Positions 22,781-32,546 of a stretch of 40,860 bases of DNA are shown here, piece after piece (position 1 is the stretch's first letter; each line of letters opens with the position of its first letter). The position numbers and the translations under genes are program-made. The notes beneath the pieces were generated by a model. That model saw only the letters and a program-made list of their open reading frames with translations, was not told the origin of the DNA and did no database searches. The DNA comes from a virus (lineage: Duplodnaviria > Caudoviricetes): the IMG/VR virus record IMGVR_UViG_3300037851_000100, positions 1-40,860 of that record; one strand, given 5' to 3'.

Positions 22781-24756
22781 GTGCCACGCAACTCCATCGC
22801 CTGTCGACTCGACGGCGCGATAAACACCACGTCACGCTCGCGCACGCTCTCGGCGATCTTGTCGGTGAGCCAGTCCACGGTTTCCTGCGCGGCGAACAAC
22901 GAGCCCTGCACGATGATCTGCACGGCCGACTGCTGCGTGAGCGGCTGGCCGGTCGCTCCGGTGCCGGGGACGTCGTTCGAGAGCGCGGGGGACGTGCCAG
23001 ATGAGCCGCCCTTGGACACGCCGGCGACGGAGCCGGCCGAGCCGACGTTAGTTTTCTTGATGTTCGCGAGCTGCGCAAGACCCGTAGCGACGACGGCCGC
23101 GGCCGGCGCAATGCCCCACGGATAACCGCCGGCGTTCTGGAACGACTGCATCGCCGCACTGGCCGTCGCCCAGATAGTTTGTGCAATCGCGAGCGCCTTG
23201 CCGGCTTTGCCGATCCGGCCGCCTTGATTCATCATCATCCCGGCGAGCTGACCCATCGACTGACCAATGATGAGATTCTTCGACTGCTCGACGGCGATCT
23301 GTGTCTGACCGGCCGTCAACATTTGGCCGAGCCAAGTGGCGTTGAACGCCTCGACCTTACCGAGCATCGTCGCCGCGTGCTGATCTTCGAGCGCCTGTAG
23401 CGCCTCGTTGATCTGCACCTGCTGCAACACCTTCGGGTCTAGCGTCGGGTCGAAGCGGGTCGCATCCGCCGTCGCGGCGAGCGTCTGATCGGAGAGCAGT
23501 GCGCCGGGTTGTCCTGCGGTGCCTGCGGTGCCCGCCGCACCCGCCGCTCCCGGCACCAGTCCCACACCGAGCGCGCCCTGTGACGCCTGTGCACGCGCGG
23601 CGGCGGCGGCGGCCCGGGCCTCGAGCTCGGCGGCCTTCGCCTGGAAGATTTCATCCGCGCGCAGGATGTCGAGACCGGCCTGGATCGCCGCGTCCTTCGC
23701 CAGTTGCGCGCTCGCGTAGGCGGCGTCCGCGCCGATCTTGAACTGCGCGGACCATCCCGCCGCGCTCTCCGAGGCCCGCTGCAGCGCGGCTGCCATGTCG
23801 AGGCCGAGCGCGTCGGCGGTACGGCCCAGCACGCCGAGCACCGTGCTCGCGCCCGCGGTGAGGCCCTGCCACAGTTTCGCGCCGGCCGCGCGCCACAATT
23901 CAAACCACGAAATGAGGCCCTGCACCGCGGCCTCGATGGACTTGATGCCGGCCGTCATGACCGTGCCGAAGAGATGCCCGGACTTCGACACGCCGGCCAT
24001 CGAGCCGAGCAGGTTCTGGAAACTGTCGATCGCCACGCCGACCGCGGGCGAGAGGTCGGCCACGAACGATATGCCGAGGTTCTGCACCAGCTTCGACTGG
24101 AACGCGAGGTCATCGTTCATGACGCCGATCTTGGCGATGTCGATGTCGTTCAGCTTCGCGCCGTACTGCTCGAGCTTGGCATTGACCTCGGAGAGCGCGC
24201 CCGGGGCGTCGGCGAAGAATCCCGCCAGCTCCTTCGCGCCCCGGCCGAAAATATCCTGCGCGATCGACGCGCGCTGAAAATCGTTCTGCACCGACGACAG
24301 CGCCGTACTGATGCGCTGCATCGCCTCGTCAGTCTTGAGCCCGGCGAGTTCCTGCGCCGAGAGGCCGAGCTGCGCGAACGCCTGCGCAGCCGCCTTGTTG
24401 CCGGCGAGGCCCTGCCCCACGGTCGTCTGCAGCTTGGCGAGTGCCTGCTCCATGCCCGCCGCGCTACCGCCGGCCTGCTGCGCGGCGATCTGCAGCGTCT
24501 GCAGGCCGGAGGCCGAGGCGCCCAAGCGCGTACTCAGGTCGTTGAGTTGGTCTGCGGCCGAGTTGATCGAGCGCAGAGCACTGGTGATGGCGCCGACAGT
24601 GAACGCGCCGGCGAGTATGCCGCCGAACTGCTTGAGTTTCTGGCTCAGGACATCGGTCGAGTCCTTGACGCTGGAGATTTCCTTCTTGACCTTGCCGACG
24701 GCCGGGCCGACCTGCGAGCCATCGGCGGTGATTTTGACTTTGACTTCATCGACCAT
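22777..24756 (-). CDS. Tape measure protein
   Basis: 659 aa Ala-rich helical, after G/T chaperones; KALAIAQTIWAT...AQLANIK motif. Confidence 0.9.
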   Translation of the reverse strand: MVDEVKVKITADGSQVGPAVGKVKKEISSVKDSTDVLSQKLKQFGGILAGAFTVGAITSALRSINSAADQLNDLSTRLGASASGLQTLQIAAQQAGGSAAGMEQALAKLQTTVGQGLAGNKAAAQAFAQLGLSAQELAGLKTDEAMQRISTALSSVQNDFQRASIAQDIFGRGAKELAGFFADAPGALSEVNAKLEQYGAKLNDIDIAKIGVMNDDLAFQSKLVQNLGISFVADLSPAVGVAIDSFQNLLGSMAGVSKSGHLFGTVMTAGIKSIEAAVQGLISWFELWRAAGAKLWQGLTAGASTVLGVLGRTADALGLDMAAALQRASESAAGWSAQFKIGADAAYASAQLAKDAAIQAGLDILRADEIFQAKAAELEARAAAAAARAQASQGALGVGLVPGAAGAAGTAGTAGQPGALLSDQTLAATADATRFDPTLDPKVLQQVQINEALQALEDQHAATMLGKVEAFNATWLGQMLTAGQTQIAVEQSKNLIIGQSMGQLAGMMMNQGGRIGKAGKALAIAQTIWATASAAMQSFQNAGGYPWGIAPAAAVVATGLAQLANIKKTNVGSAGSVAGVSKGGSSGTSPALSNDVPGTGATGQPLTQQSAVQIIVQGSLFAAQETVDWLTDKIAESVRERDVVFIAPSSRQAMELRGT

Positions 24757-25078
24757 TGGCTTTCTCGATGTCCGCCTTCATACGCGCGTGCAACTCCGGG
24801 TCGGCCATCTTGCGTTTGCGTTTTCCGGCCGGCGCAGGGAAGAAATCCGAGGGCTTCACGGACTTTTTCGACAGGCCGGAATAGTTGGCAACGGTCGCGC
24901 CGAGCACGCCCATGCGCCACGTCGCGGCCTCGTACCCCCACGGCTCGAGGGAGTAGAACGCGCACCAGTCCACGAATTCCGCCGAGGACATGCGCGCACG
25001 CAGCTCGTCCACGGTCGCGCCGAGCAGAGCGGCGATCCGGTGCCACATCAACAGCTCCGGATCGCCCCTCAGTTTTTT
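24746..25078 (-). CDS. Tail assembly chaperone T moiety (G-T via -1 frameshift)
   Basis: LGATVDELRARMSSAEFVDWCAFYSLEPWG in the -1 frame after the slippery site. Confidence 0.85.
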   Translation of the reverse strand, partial: KKLRGDPELLMWHRIAALLGATVDELRARMSSAEFVDWCAFYSLEPWGYEAATWRMGVLGATVANYSGLSKKSVKPSDFFPAPAGKRKRKMADPELHARMKADIEKANGR

Positions 25079-25395
25079 GCGGCCGACTCCTGCGCCTCCG
25101 GCACGAGGCCGGACGCTTCGAGAATCGAGGTCGCGACTTTCTCGACCGCTGCGCCGTCCACGTCCGCCAGGCTCGCCGCTTGATCGGCCGTGAACATCGC
25201 CCGGCCTTGCTCGTCGCACAGGCAGAGCGCCGCCAGTTCGTGCGCCTGTACGGGTGAGCCGTCCTTTGCGCGATCCGCGATGAGCTTGCGCTCCGCGCCC
25301 GTCAGCCCGCGGACGTGCACCCGCAGACCCGCCACTTCGACTTCGCGCAGGCTCGCGACCCGCAGCGCCGACAACAGATCGGCAGCCGTTACCAT
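25069..25395 (-). CDS. Tail assembly chaperone G
   Basis: VHVRGLTGAER...LCLCDEQGRAMF...SAAKN; follows tail tube. Confidence 0.85.
   Translation of the reverse strand: MVTAADLLSALRVASLREVEVAGLRVHVRGLTGAERKLIADRAKDGSPVQAHELAALCLCDEQGRAMFTADQAASLADVDGAAVEKVATSILEASGLVPEAQESAAKN
25072..25078 (-). other. Programmed -1 frameshift site A AAA AAC
   Basis: GCA AAA AAC TGA at end of G; -1 frame continues KLRGDPELLMW. Confidence 0.85.
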
Positions 25396-25814
25396 GTGAT
25401 CGTCGGCGCCGCCGAGAGCTTGAGCGTGACCGCGAGCTTGAGCGGCGAGCCTTCGGCGTCCAGATCCTCCGCTTCGAGCTTCTGCACGATGGCGTTGAAG
25501 CGGAATTGCGCGGCGCCGGTGTCCGGCAGCACGACCTGGTAGCTGCGCTCCGTCTTCGCGGTGAAGTCCGTGAACAAGGTCTGATGATAGGTGCTGTTGC
25601 CGGGATCCCAGGCCAGGTCAAAGGAGCACTCCATCGGCTCCGTGCCGCCCGTCTTCACGATCGGCGCAGACTGGTCGTGGACGGCGATCTCCTGCGTCTT
25701 GCGCTCCCAGGCCGGGAGCTTGATGTTCATCGCCTGCGGGATCGTGGTGTACGTCCCGCCTCCCGGCGAAGTCTCGCGCTGAATCAGTGCACCGTCGGTT
25801 GTAAAAGCAGCCAT
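25389..25814 (-). CDS. Major tail tube protein
   Basis: FDLAWDPGNSTYHQTL...RSYQVVLPD...AVTLKLSAAP; lambda gpV-like size and position. Confidence 0.85.
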   Translation of the reverse strand: MAAFTTDGALIQRETSPGGGTYTTIPQAMNIKLPAWERKTQEIAVHDQSAPIVKTGGTEPMECSFDLAWDPGNSTYHQTLFTDFTAKTERSYQVVLPDTGAAQFRFNAIVQKLEAEDLDAEGSPLKLAVTLKLSAAPTITW

Positions 25815-25832
25815 GTTGAAGCCCTCGAAATG

Positions 25833-25853
25833 AAAAAGGCCGCATCAGCGGCC
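25833..25853 (-). terminator. Intrinsic terminator
   Basis: GGCCGC-TGAT-GCGGCC-TTTTT on minus strand. Confidence 0.75.
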
Positions 25854-25875
25854 AGGTGGCGGAAAGAAATACGAT

Positions 25876-27111
25876 TCAGGCGACCAGTGCGGCCAGTTCC
25901 GCGTCCGTCATGCGCCGCGGATAGACGCGGAGCTTGCGCAGATAGCCGTTGAGCGACGTGCTGCCGCTCGACCGGCCGAGACGCAGCGTCGTCAGTCCCG
26001 ATGGCACTTCGCAGTCCGTGTCGCTGACCACGCTGGCATCGGTCGCCGCGGCCGCGGAGTCATTGCGCCGCCACGCCATCGCGGCGCGATTCGCGACGCC
26101 CGGCACGTAGTCGCCAAGCCCCGCCGAGACTTCCGCCGCGCTGTTCACGGTCGTCGTCGCGATCCGGTCGCCGCTGGCCGTCGAGATGTACAGCAAATGC
26201 CGGTCCACTTCGGATCCGTCGTCCAGTTGCGCAATGCGTGGATAGGTCACCGGACTGGTGATGTTCTCGCCGAGCAGCAGGAACTCGGCGAACAGCGTGC
26301 CTTCCGGCTCGTTAAACCACGCATCCGCGACCGGCATCGTGCAACTGTCCGCGCTGCGCGTCACGGTCGCGGTCGTGGTGGCGACGTAACTGGTCGGGTG
26401 CACGCCCTTCTCCAGCTGCGCGCCCCACAGGTACAGCCCCGACGTGCCGTCGCCGCTGTACGAGGTCGCACCGTTCGACGCGGCAAAGCACACGACCTGG
26501 ATCGCCGCCTGCGCGTCATTGTCGACCAGGAACGTGAGCGAGCAGCGATACCAGCCGTCCGGCCATGCTTCGATGCGCGCCGCCACGTTGGACCAGGCGC
26601 CGTAGGTCGTCGGCCCTGCAGTGATCTCGCCGCTCACGAGGTCGAAGGTCGCGTTGCACGAATTCGCCGTGCCCGAGCTGCCCTGGCACTTTAAATGCAG
26701 TTGCGAGCGGCCGGCCGATTTGGCCCACACCGACGCGGCATAGGACTGCGTTTCGGCACTCGATCCCTTAGTGTACGTCTGCAGCAAATAGTGCGACTCA
26801 TTCGGCGTTGAATCCTCCACCAGCTTGTCGGCCGTCAGGGTGCCGTCCGGCGCCGGCTCGAGGTTCGCCGTGACCGAGCTGCGCGTTTTCGTCCAGCTCG
26901 CGTTGTCGAATTCCTGTGACCGCAGCAGGTAGTTCGTGCGCGATTCCTCGATCAGCAGACCGCGCACTGCATGGGTCGCCGGATCGTATTCGACGCGCGG
27001 TTCGTTCGCTGCCGCCGACACCAGCACCCCGGCCGAATTGCAATAAGTCGCCGTCGTCGAGCGCGTAAAGGTCAGCATCTCGGCAAACGAGCGGGTGCGC
27101 AGCGAGGTCAT
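25876..27111 (-). CDS. Head-spike-fibre-like protein with carbohydrate-binding/LamG-like domains
   Basis: LTFTRSTTATY...EPRVEYDP...RGLLIEESRTN...LYLWGAQLEKGVHPTSYVAT...TRSAD...LNGYLRKLRVYPRRMTDAEL. Confidence 0.8.
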   Translation of the reverse strand: MTSLRTRSFAEMLTFTRSTTATYCNSAGVLVSAAANEPRVEYDPATHAVRGLLIEESRTNYLLRSQEFDNASWTKTRSSVTANLEPAPDGTLTADKLVEDSTPNESHYLLQTYTKGSSAETQSYAASVWAKSAGRSQLHLKCQGSSGTANSCNATFDLVSGEITAGPTTYGAWSNVAARIEAWPDGWYRCSLTFLVDNDAQAAIQVVCFAASNGATSYSGDGTSGLYLWGAQLEKGVHPTSYVATTTATVTRSADSCTMPVADAWFNEPEGTLFAEFLLLGENITSPVTYPRIAQLDDGSEVDRHLLYISTASGDRIATTTVNSAAEVSAGLGDYVPGVANRAAMAWRRNDSAAAATDASVVSDTDCEVPSGLTTLRLGRSSGSTSLNGYLRKLRVYPRRMTDAELAALVA

Positions 27112-27536
27112 GCCGCTGCCTCCGGGTTGCCGTGCGCCGTGAAGTACACGGCGCGGTAGACGATGCGATGCCGCCCGAGCGGCGTGCTGGCGCTGGTGTC
27201 AATGATCGCGGTGATCGAGCCGAGCGCGAGCGGCTTGCACAGCCCGCCCAGCCGGTTTGCATTCAGCGCCACTTCGACCTGAACCAGCAGCGCATCGAGG
27301 GTCGCGTCGATGTCCGCGCCTTTCGCCTTCGACTCCACCACGAGTTCAAGCGAGCGGCCATAGGCTTCCATCGTCGCCGCCCCGACTTCCTCGTCGCTGG
27401 TGTAGACGATGATTGCCGGTAGATCGGCCTCCTCGAGCGGCAGGTAGCGCGAGGCATACACCGTCGCCGTCTCGCCGAACTGCGCCACGAGTGCGGCGTA
27501 TGCAGCGTCACGGATTTGCGTGCGAACGTGGCTCAT
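27108..27536 (-). CDS. Tail terminator (gpU-like)
   Basis: MSHVRTQIRDA...DLPAIIVYTSDE...LDALLVQVEVAL; synteny. Confidence 0.75.
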   Translation of the reverse strand: MSHVRTQIRDAAYAALVAQFGETATVYASRYLPLEEADLPAIIVYTSDEEVGAATMEAYGRSLELVVESKAKGADIDATLDALLVQVEVALNANRLGGLCKPLALGSITAIIDTSASTPLGRHRIVYRAVYFTAHGNPEAAA

Positions 27537-27829
27537 TCCTCATGCACCTGCAATACCGTGATCCCCGTTCCGTCCGGCCGATGACCGACCACGGTGTAAT
27601 ACGCACCGCCAATCGTCAGCCGGTCGCCTTTCGCGATCTTGAGCGTCGCAACGTCCGAGCTGCGGCACGTCACGACGGGTCCGGAAGACTCAACGTCCGC
27701 CACGCCGTCGCCGATGGCCAGGTACTCGTCGCCGAACACGCCCGTAAACGAGCCGCGGACGGCCAGAATGGTCTGGCCGCCCACGGCTTGCAGCATGGCG
27801 AGCCGGACAGCATCCGACTCGATGCTCAT
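27533..27829 (-). CDS. Head-tail joining protein (gpFII-like)
   Basis: KGDRLTIGGAYYTVVGHRPDGTGITVLQ. Confidence 0.8.
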   Translation of the reverse strand: MSIESDAVRLAMLQAVGGQTILAVRGSFTGVFGDEYLAIGDGVADVESSGPVVTCRSSDVATLKIAKGDRLTIGGAYYTVVGHRPDGTGITVLQVHEE

Positions 27830-28200
27830 CAGGTCTTCGTCGCGTTGCCCGGCGTCAGCTTGACGACGCAGGTCGTCTCCGTGTTGGCGCCAGCAACCAT
27901 CGCGACCGCGCCTCCCGTGATGTCACCCGTCGCCGGCGTGGCCGACGAGTCATCGAAGGCCGGCGGACTCGCCGACACGTCGAAGATCAGCTTTTCGCCC
28001 TGCGTGAACACGGCCGCCGAGACCTTCGGCACCGTGAACACGCCCTCGATCGCCACCGCACCCACGCCACCGCTGGCCGCGATGTCGGTGAGCGCCACGC
28101 CAATCATGTGGCCCATGACCACCACGTCGCCGGCCGCAATGGCGGAACCGGCATTCGTGTAGTTGATCACGTTGCCTTCTTGAACAAACTTCGTCGTCAT
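27829..28200 (-). CDS. Capsid decoration/cement protein (DUF2190)
   Basis: KFVQEGNVI...AGDVVVMG...GVALTDIA...EGVFTVPK. Confidence 0.9.
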   Translation of the reverse strand: MTTKFVQEGNVINYTNAGSAIAAGDVVVMGHMIGVALTDIAASGGVGAVAIEGVFTVPKVSAAVFTQGEKLIFDVSASPPAFDDSSATPATGDITGGAVAMVAGANTETTCVVKLTPGNATKT

Positions 28201-28218
28201 GTCTTGATCCTCGAATTG

Positions 28219-28255
28219 AAAAGGGTGAACGCGAGCGGCCCCGAAGGGCCGCCCG
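28219..28255 (-). terminator. Hairpin after capsid gene (terminator or mRNA stabiliser)
   Basis: CGGGCGGCCC-TTCG-GGGCCGCTCG with displaced T tract. Confidence 0.55.
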
Positions 28256-28273
28256 TGCTGTCAGGTGAGTGGA

Positions 28274-30319
28274 TTACGCGCCAGCGTTGCGGTAACCGCC
28301 GCGCCAGTCGCCCGTCGCGACGCCGTAGTCCAGGCGAACCTTGAACTTCATCGCGTCCGTGTCGAAGTCCACGGCCTCGTCCACGAACGGCGTCTCGTTG
28401 CCGTCCAGGAACACGACCTCGAACGGCGCCACGTCCATCGGGTTCGCGAACAGATACCACGCCGTCGCGCTGATGTCGTCCAGGTACGGATCGGACGCCA
28501 CTTCGAAGCGGTTGCGGTAGATGTTCGGGACCTTCGAGTTGGTCGACGCCGGATCGGTCTCCGACGCGATCAACTGCCGGGCCAGGTCCTCCTTGCCCAC
28601 CGGGACGACCAGCACGGCCGGCTCGATGTTCAGGGTGTCGTTCAGGCCCTTGTCCTTCTGCTTGCGCATCGCGACCCGACCCACGCCGAGCGACGCGACC
28701 GAAAGGGCCGTGCCGGTGCCGGTGTAGTTCGCGTGGCCGCCCGCCGTCGTCACCGCCGTTGCGTTGAAGTACTGGCCGGTATCCGAACACGTCGGACCGA
28801 GGTTCGACCCGCCGCTCGTCAGGTAGGCGTAAACGTCGGTGTTGACCGTCCGTGCAGCCGCACGGCCCATCAACTGCGCCCGGCGCGTGAAGCCACCGAG
28901 ATCGTCGTTCACCACCATCTGCCGGGTGAGCGCCAGCGCCTTGCCCTTGGTCGCGGCCTGCGCGTTCTCGTAGTCCTCGGACAGCGAGCCGTAGGTGTAC
29001 TCGCCACCCTCGGGAATCGTCGCCAGTGAGTTGAACGAGCCGATCTGGATGCGCGGCGCGATCTTGAAGTCGGAGACCGACCCCTTGGACGCCCACAGAT
29101 TCCAGGTGTTCGGGAAGTTCCCGTAGGCCGCGCGCAGCACCTTGCCCGCCGTGTTCGACAGCAGCGTCGGGAAGTCGCTCGAGGTCATGGTCGCCAGCAC
29201 CTTGCGGGCGATGGCATCTGGCGAAAGGCCGCGAACGCTGATCCCGACGAAGGTGAGCGCCCTACTGGCGATACCCACGAGCGTGTCACCGTTGAACTCG
29301 TTGCCCTCCTCGCGCTTGGCAACACCCGCCTTGGCGGCGAGTGCGGCCTGTGCGCCAATCAGGAACTTGTCGCGGGCATCGACGCCGGACACGACGTTCT
29401 GCGGGTGCATCGGCTCCGCCTTCGCCTCTGCGCCGATCGCGGCGAGCAGCTTCTCGCTGGCCATCTCCGGCGTGCACTTCGGGTCGTCGAGGCAGGCATC
29501 CATCAGCACGCGATGCGTCTCGGCGAACGGGCTGAAGCTGTTGCGGATTGCGGAACGGCGGGCCGACTCATCGGCGAGCGCCTGGTTACGGATGTCGGCT
29601 GCAGCAGTCGCCGACGTGTCAATCGTCGTCATGGTCACGTCCTCTCTTGAGGTTGGATCGGCAACTGCCGACTGGGAATGTTCCGCAGTCACCTGCGGAG
29701 GCTTGCAAACTCGTGTGGCCGCGAAGGCGCGGAACATCTCGTGCGCGGCGATCTTGCCCGGCGTCCACGCGGACGCGGACTTGGGTGCATCGATGGAATA
29801 TCCGTCCGCCAGTCCGGCGGCGATGGCCTCGTCGCGCGTGAACCAGGTCTCGCCCTGCATCCACGACTCGACGGTCTCGCGCGGCTGGCCGGTGCGCGAC
29901 TCGTAGGCATCGACAAGGCCGACGCTGACCTTATCGAGCATGTCGGCGACCTTGCGCATGTCCTCGGCATCGCCCATCGCGAGCATCCACGGCGAATGGA
30001 CCATGAACATCGCGCCTTCGCCCATCACGATCTCATCGCCGGCCATCGCAATGACGGAGGCAATCGAGGCCGCGAGGCCGTCGATGTAGACGGTCACCGT
30101 GGCGGGATGCTCTTTCAGCGCGTTGAAGATCGCGAAGCCATCAAAAACTTCGCCGCCCGGCGAGTTGATGCGGACCGTGATGTCCTTCACGTCGCCCATC
30201 GCCTTGAGGTCGTCGCGGAATTTCTTGGCCGTGATCCCATCGCCGAGCCACGTCTCGCCAATCGGCGCGTAAATCTCGACCTCAGCCGCACCGTTGGCGC
30301 GGGCCATTACCTTGATCAT
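28274..30319 (-). CDS. ClpP-like prohead protease / major capsid protein fusion
   Basis: RINSPGGEVFDG...IDGLAASIASVIAMAGD...FMVHSPW, then capsid TSSDFPTLL...SVSDFK...PEGGEY...KVRLDYG. Confidence 0.95.
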   Translation of the reverse strand: MIKVMARANGAAEVEIYAPIGETWLGDGITAKKFRDDLKAMGDVKDITVRINSPGGEVFDGFAIFNALKEHPATVTVYIDGLAASIASVIAMAGDEIVMGEGAMFMVHSPWMLAMGDAEDMRKVADMLDKVSVGLVDAYESRTGQPRETVESWMQGETWFTRDEAIAAGLADGYSIDAPKSASAWTPGKIAAHEMFRAFAATRVCKPPQVTAEHSQSAVADPTSREDVTMTTIDTSATAAADIRNQALADESARRSAIRNSFSPFAETHRVLMDACLDDPKCTPEMASEKLLAAIGAEAKAEPMHPQNVVSGVDARDKFLIGAQAALAAKAGVAKREEGNEFNGDTLVGIASRALTFVGISVRGLSPDAIARKVLATMTSSDFPTLLSNTAGKVLRAAYGNFPNTWNLWASKGSVSDFKIAPRIQIGSFNSLATIPEGGEYTYGSLSEDYENAQAATKGKALALTRQMVVNDDLGGFTRRAQLMGRAAARTVNTDVYAYLTSGGSNLGPTCSDTGQYFNATAVTTAGGHANYTGTGTALSVASLGVGRVAMRKQKDKGLNDTLNIEPAVLVVPVGKEDLARQLIASETDPASTNSKVPNIYRNRFEVASDPYLDDISATAWYLFANPMDVAPFEVVFLDGNETPFVDEAVDFDTDAMKFKVRLDYGVATGDWRGGYRNAGA

Positions 30320-30334
30320 GTGTAAATCTCCGGC

Positions 30335-32155
30335 CTATCCGGCCATGCGGAAAAGTTCAAAGACACCCGGCAGGTGTGCCGCGATCAATTCGTCATCACT
30401 GCTCGTGGCCGTCAGTCGCAGCGCATCGGCCGTCGATTCCTGGTGCGCAATGCGCCCACCCATCGCGGCCCGGACCAGCGCGAGGGACACGACATCGCCA
30501 CCCGCCGATTCCAGGATCGGGGCGCGCCCCGAGATTCGTTGCTGCGCGCGGCCCGTCGCGAAATTCCAGTCAGCCGCGTCCACCGTGCGCGCTTGGAACT
30601 GCACGCGATCCGGCGCTTCGTCGACCTTCAGCCAGGCGAAGGTCGGCCTGGGCGGCTGAATGACAATCGACCGACCGCGCGGGGCCCGTGGCCTCGGCAG
30701 CAGATCCTCGGCGAGTTGCGGAACCTCGGTGCCGTCGAGGACGGCCGCAGCCGAGGCGGAGGCGACCGCCGCACCACCGAGCCCGATGCTGATTGCCAGT
30801 GACCCACCGGCCACGAGCGTCGCCAGAGCGTCACCGGCGAGCGGGACCGCGAATACAATCTCGCCGTCCGCCGAACCTGAGAGCGTCGCGCCGCCCGCCA
30901 GTGGAATGCCGTGGCTCAGGTCCGCATCGCCGAGTACCGCCGCCAGCGCGGAGCCCGCGAGGTGTACCTCGATTGCGAGCGCGGCCGACGCTTGGCCGCC
31001 TGCAGTAGCAGAGGCTTCGATCAGTTTGCCTAGCGCGAGTGCGGCCGCGGCTTGTCCGCTGACATCGGCAGCCCCGATGAGCGGCTTGCTGATGGCCGCC
31101 TCAGCCGCGGCCGTTGCCCCTGCCGTGGCGTCTCCTTCGAGCGCCACTTCCACGCCGCCGCCTACCGTGAGCGCGGCATCGCCGAGCGCCGACAGGATCG
31201 CCGCGCCCTCGAGCGTGACCGTGAGCGACAGCGCACCATCGGCCCCGGCCCCGCCGAGCGCAGCACCGGCGAGGTTGACCTGTACGCTGGCCGCGCCGTT
31301 CGCCGTGCTGGCCGTGACGGCAGCACCAGTCAGCGTCACCGTGTGCGCAAGCTCCGCGCTCGCCGCACCGCCGCCACTTGCGGCACCCGCAATCGGGACC
31401 GTCAGCGTTAGCGCGCCGCTGGCCGTGGCGCCTGCGGTCGCCGCCCCCGCGAGAGCGACCGCCACGGCGCCGGGCCGCAGCGCCATCGTCCATGCGGTCC
31501 ACGAGTCGTTGGCGCCCGTCGTGCCGCCCGTGTACTGGGCCGGGTTATACGACCCTGACGTCCAGTCGTCGTGATACGCCATCGACGCACGAGCATCGTT
31601 CGTATCCGCGCCGGTCGCCTGCACCGCGTCGTCGCTCAGGTCCGCCGGGAACGTGAAGGCCGTCGTCGTGGCCGACGCAGCCGCCGCAGCTGCGACCACG
31701 ATCCACGCACCAGTCGTGGTCGGCGTAATGGCCGCCGGGTCCGGCCGTCCCGTCCCCGTCCCGCCCGCCGACACGCTCGACACGTCGAACGGCGTCGAGG
31801 TGTCCACGCCGCGGAACACCATCACCGCCCACGCTTGACCGTCTGCAGCGTTCCCCTGAGCCGGAATCGTGATCGACGTGTCCGGCGTCGAGGTCATCAC
31901 CTTGTACGACACCTGCATCGAGGAGTCGTAGGTGACGGCAGACTGGTTTAGCTGCGTCCCGAGGGTGCTGTACCCGGAGATCGCCTGCGCGCTGTCCCTG
32001 CCCTGCGAGCCGACCGCGCAGCAGACGATGACCAGATCGCCTTCGCTCGGCTGAGAATTGCTGCCGCCCGTCAGGCTGGTCAGCGATTGCGTCGTCGTCG
32101 AGTTGCTGTTGCCGTTGCGACCAGTCGCGACGCCGCCGACGTAAGTGATCGCCAC
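30335..32155 (-). CDS. Fibre protein: N-terminal beta-sandwich, ~20-aa Ala/Gly repeats, acidic-hydrophobic C-terminus
   Basis: MAITYVGG...EGDLVIV...MVFRGVD..., repeats (VALAGAATAGATASGALTLT)n, DDELIAA near the end. Confidence 0.75.
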   Translation of the reverse strand: MAITYVGGVATGRNGNSNSTTTQSLTSLTGGSNSQPSEGDLVIVCCAVGSQGRDSAQAISGYSTLGTQLNQSAVTYDSSMQVSYKVMTSTPDTSITIPAQGNAADGQAWAVMVFRGVDTSTPFDVSSVSAGGTGTGRPDPAAITPTTTGAWIVVAAAAAASATTTAFTFPADLSDDAVQATGADTNDARASMAYHDDWTSGSYNPAQYTGGTTGANDSWTAWTMALRPGAVAVALAGAATAGATASGALTLTVPIAGAASGGGAASAELAHTVTLTGAAVTASTANGAASVQVNLAGAALGGAGADGALSLTVTLEGAAILSALGDAALTVGGGVEVALEGDATAGATAAAEAAISKPLIGAADVSGQAAAALALGKLIEASATAGGQASAALAIEVHLAGSALAAVLGDADLSHGIPLAGGATLSGSADGEIVFAVPLAGDALATLVAGGSLAISIGLGGAAVASASAAAVLDGTEVPQLAEDLLPRPRAPRGRSIVIQPPRPTFAWLKVDEAPDRVQFQARTVDAADWNFATGRAQQRISGRAPILESAGGDVVSLALVRAAMGGRIAHQESTADALRLTATSSDDELIAAHLPGVFELFRMAG

Positions 32156-32171
32156 GGCTAGGCCCTATCGT

Positions 32172-32546
32172 TCACGGCGCGTGCTGGATCGTGCAGGGCC
32201 CCTCTATGACCAGCATCTGCCCGACGCTGATGTAGTCGCGATCCACGATGATGTCCGTACCCTCGCGCCCGACCGTCAGCTCGTCCACGACCACAGTTCC
32301 CGCCGCATTCACGATGCGCGCAGACCGCGGCTGGCCCCTGGCCACGGCCCGGCCATTGCGCGGCAGGCTGTCCAGCGACAGCGTATCCCCGTCCACAAAC
32401 GCAGCCGGGCGAGCGAGCGGAATCGTCACCAGTACCGAAGCCATGCCATCGCTGCCGATTTCGAGACTGGCGGCACCCGGACCCAGATCCATGGCATCGG
32501 CAATCGCCTGCATTCGTCGCGTCTTGACGGATGGCGCATACTTCAT
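32172..32546 (-). CDS. Small fibre-associated structural protein
   Basis: RRMQAIADAMD...LVTIPLARPA...ARIVNAAGTVVVDELTVGREGTDIIVD; coupled to portal. Confidence 0.7.
   Translation of the reverse strand: MKYAPSVKTRRMQAIADAMDLGPGAASLEIGSDGMASVLVTIPLARPAAFVDGDTLSLDSLPRNGRAVARGQPRSARIVNAAGTVVVDELTVGREGTDIIVDRDYISVGQMLVIEGPCTIQHAP

Noticed and set aside
25072-25078. -1 frameshift as a novelty
   Set aside because: Standard G/G-T mechanism of long-tailed phages; listed as a feature only
18531-27111. Diversity-generating retroelement or invertase shufflon acting on fibres
   Set aside because: No reverse transcriptase or serine invertase, and no TR/VR pair seen
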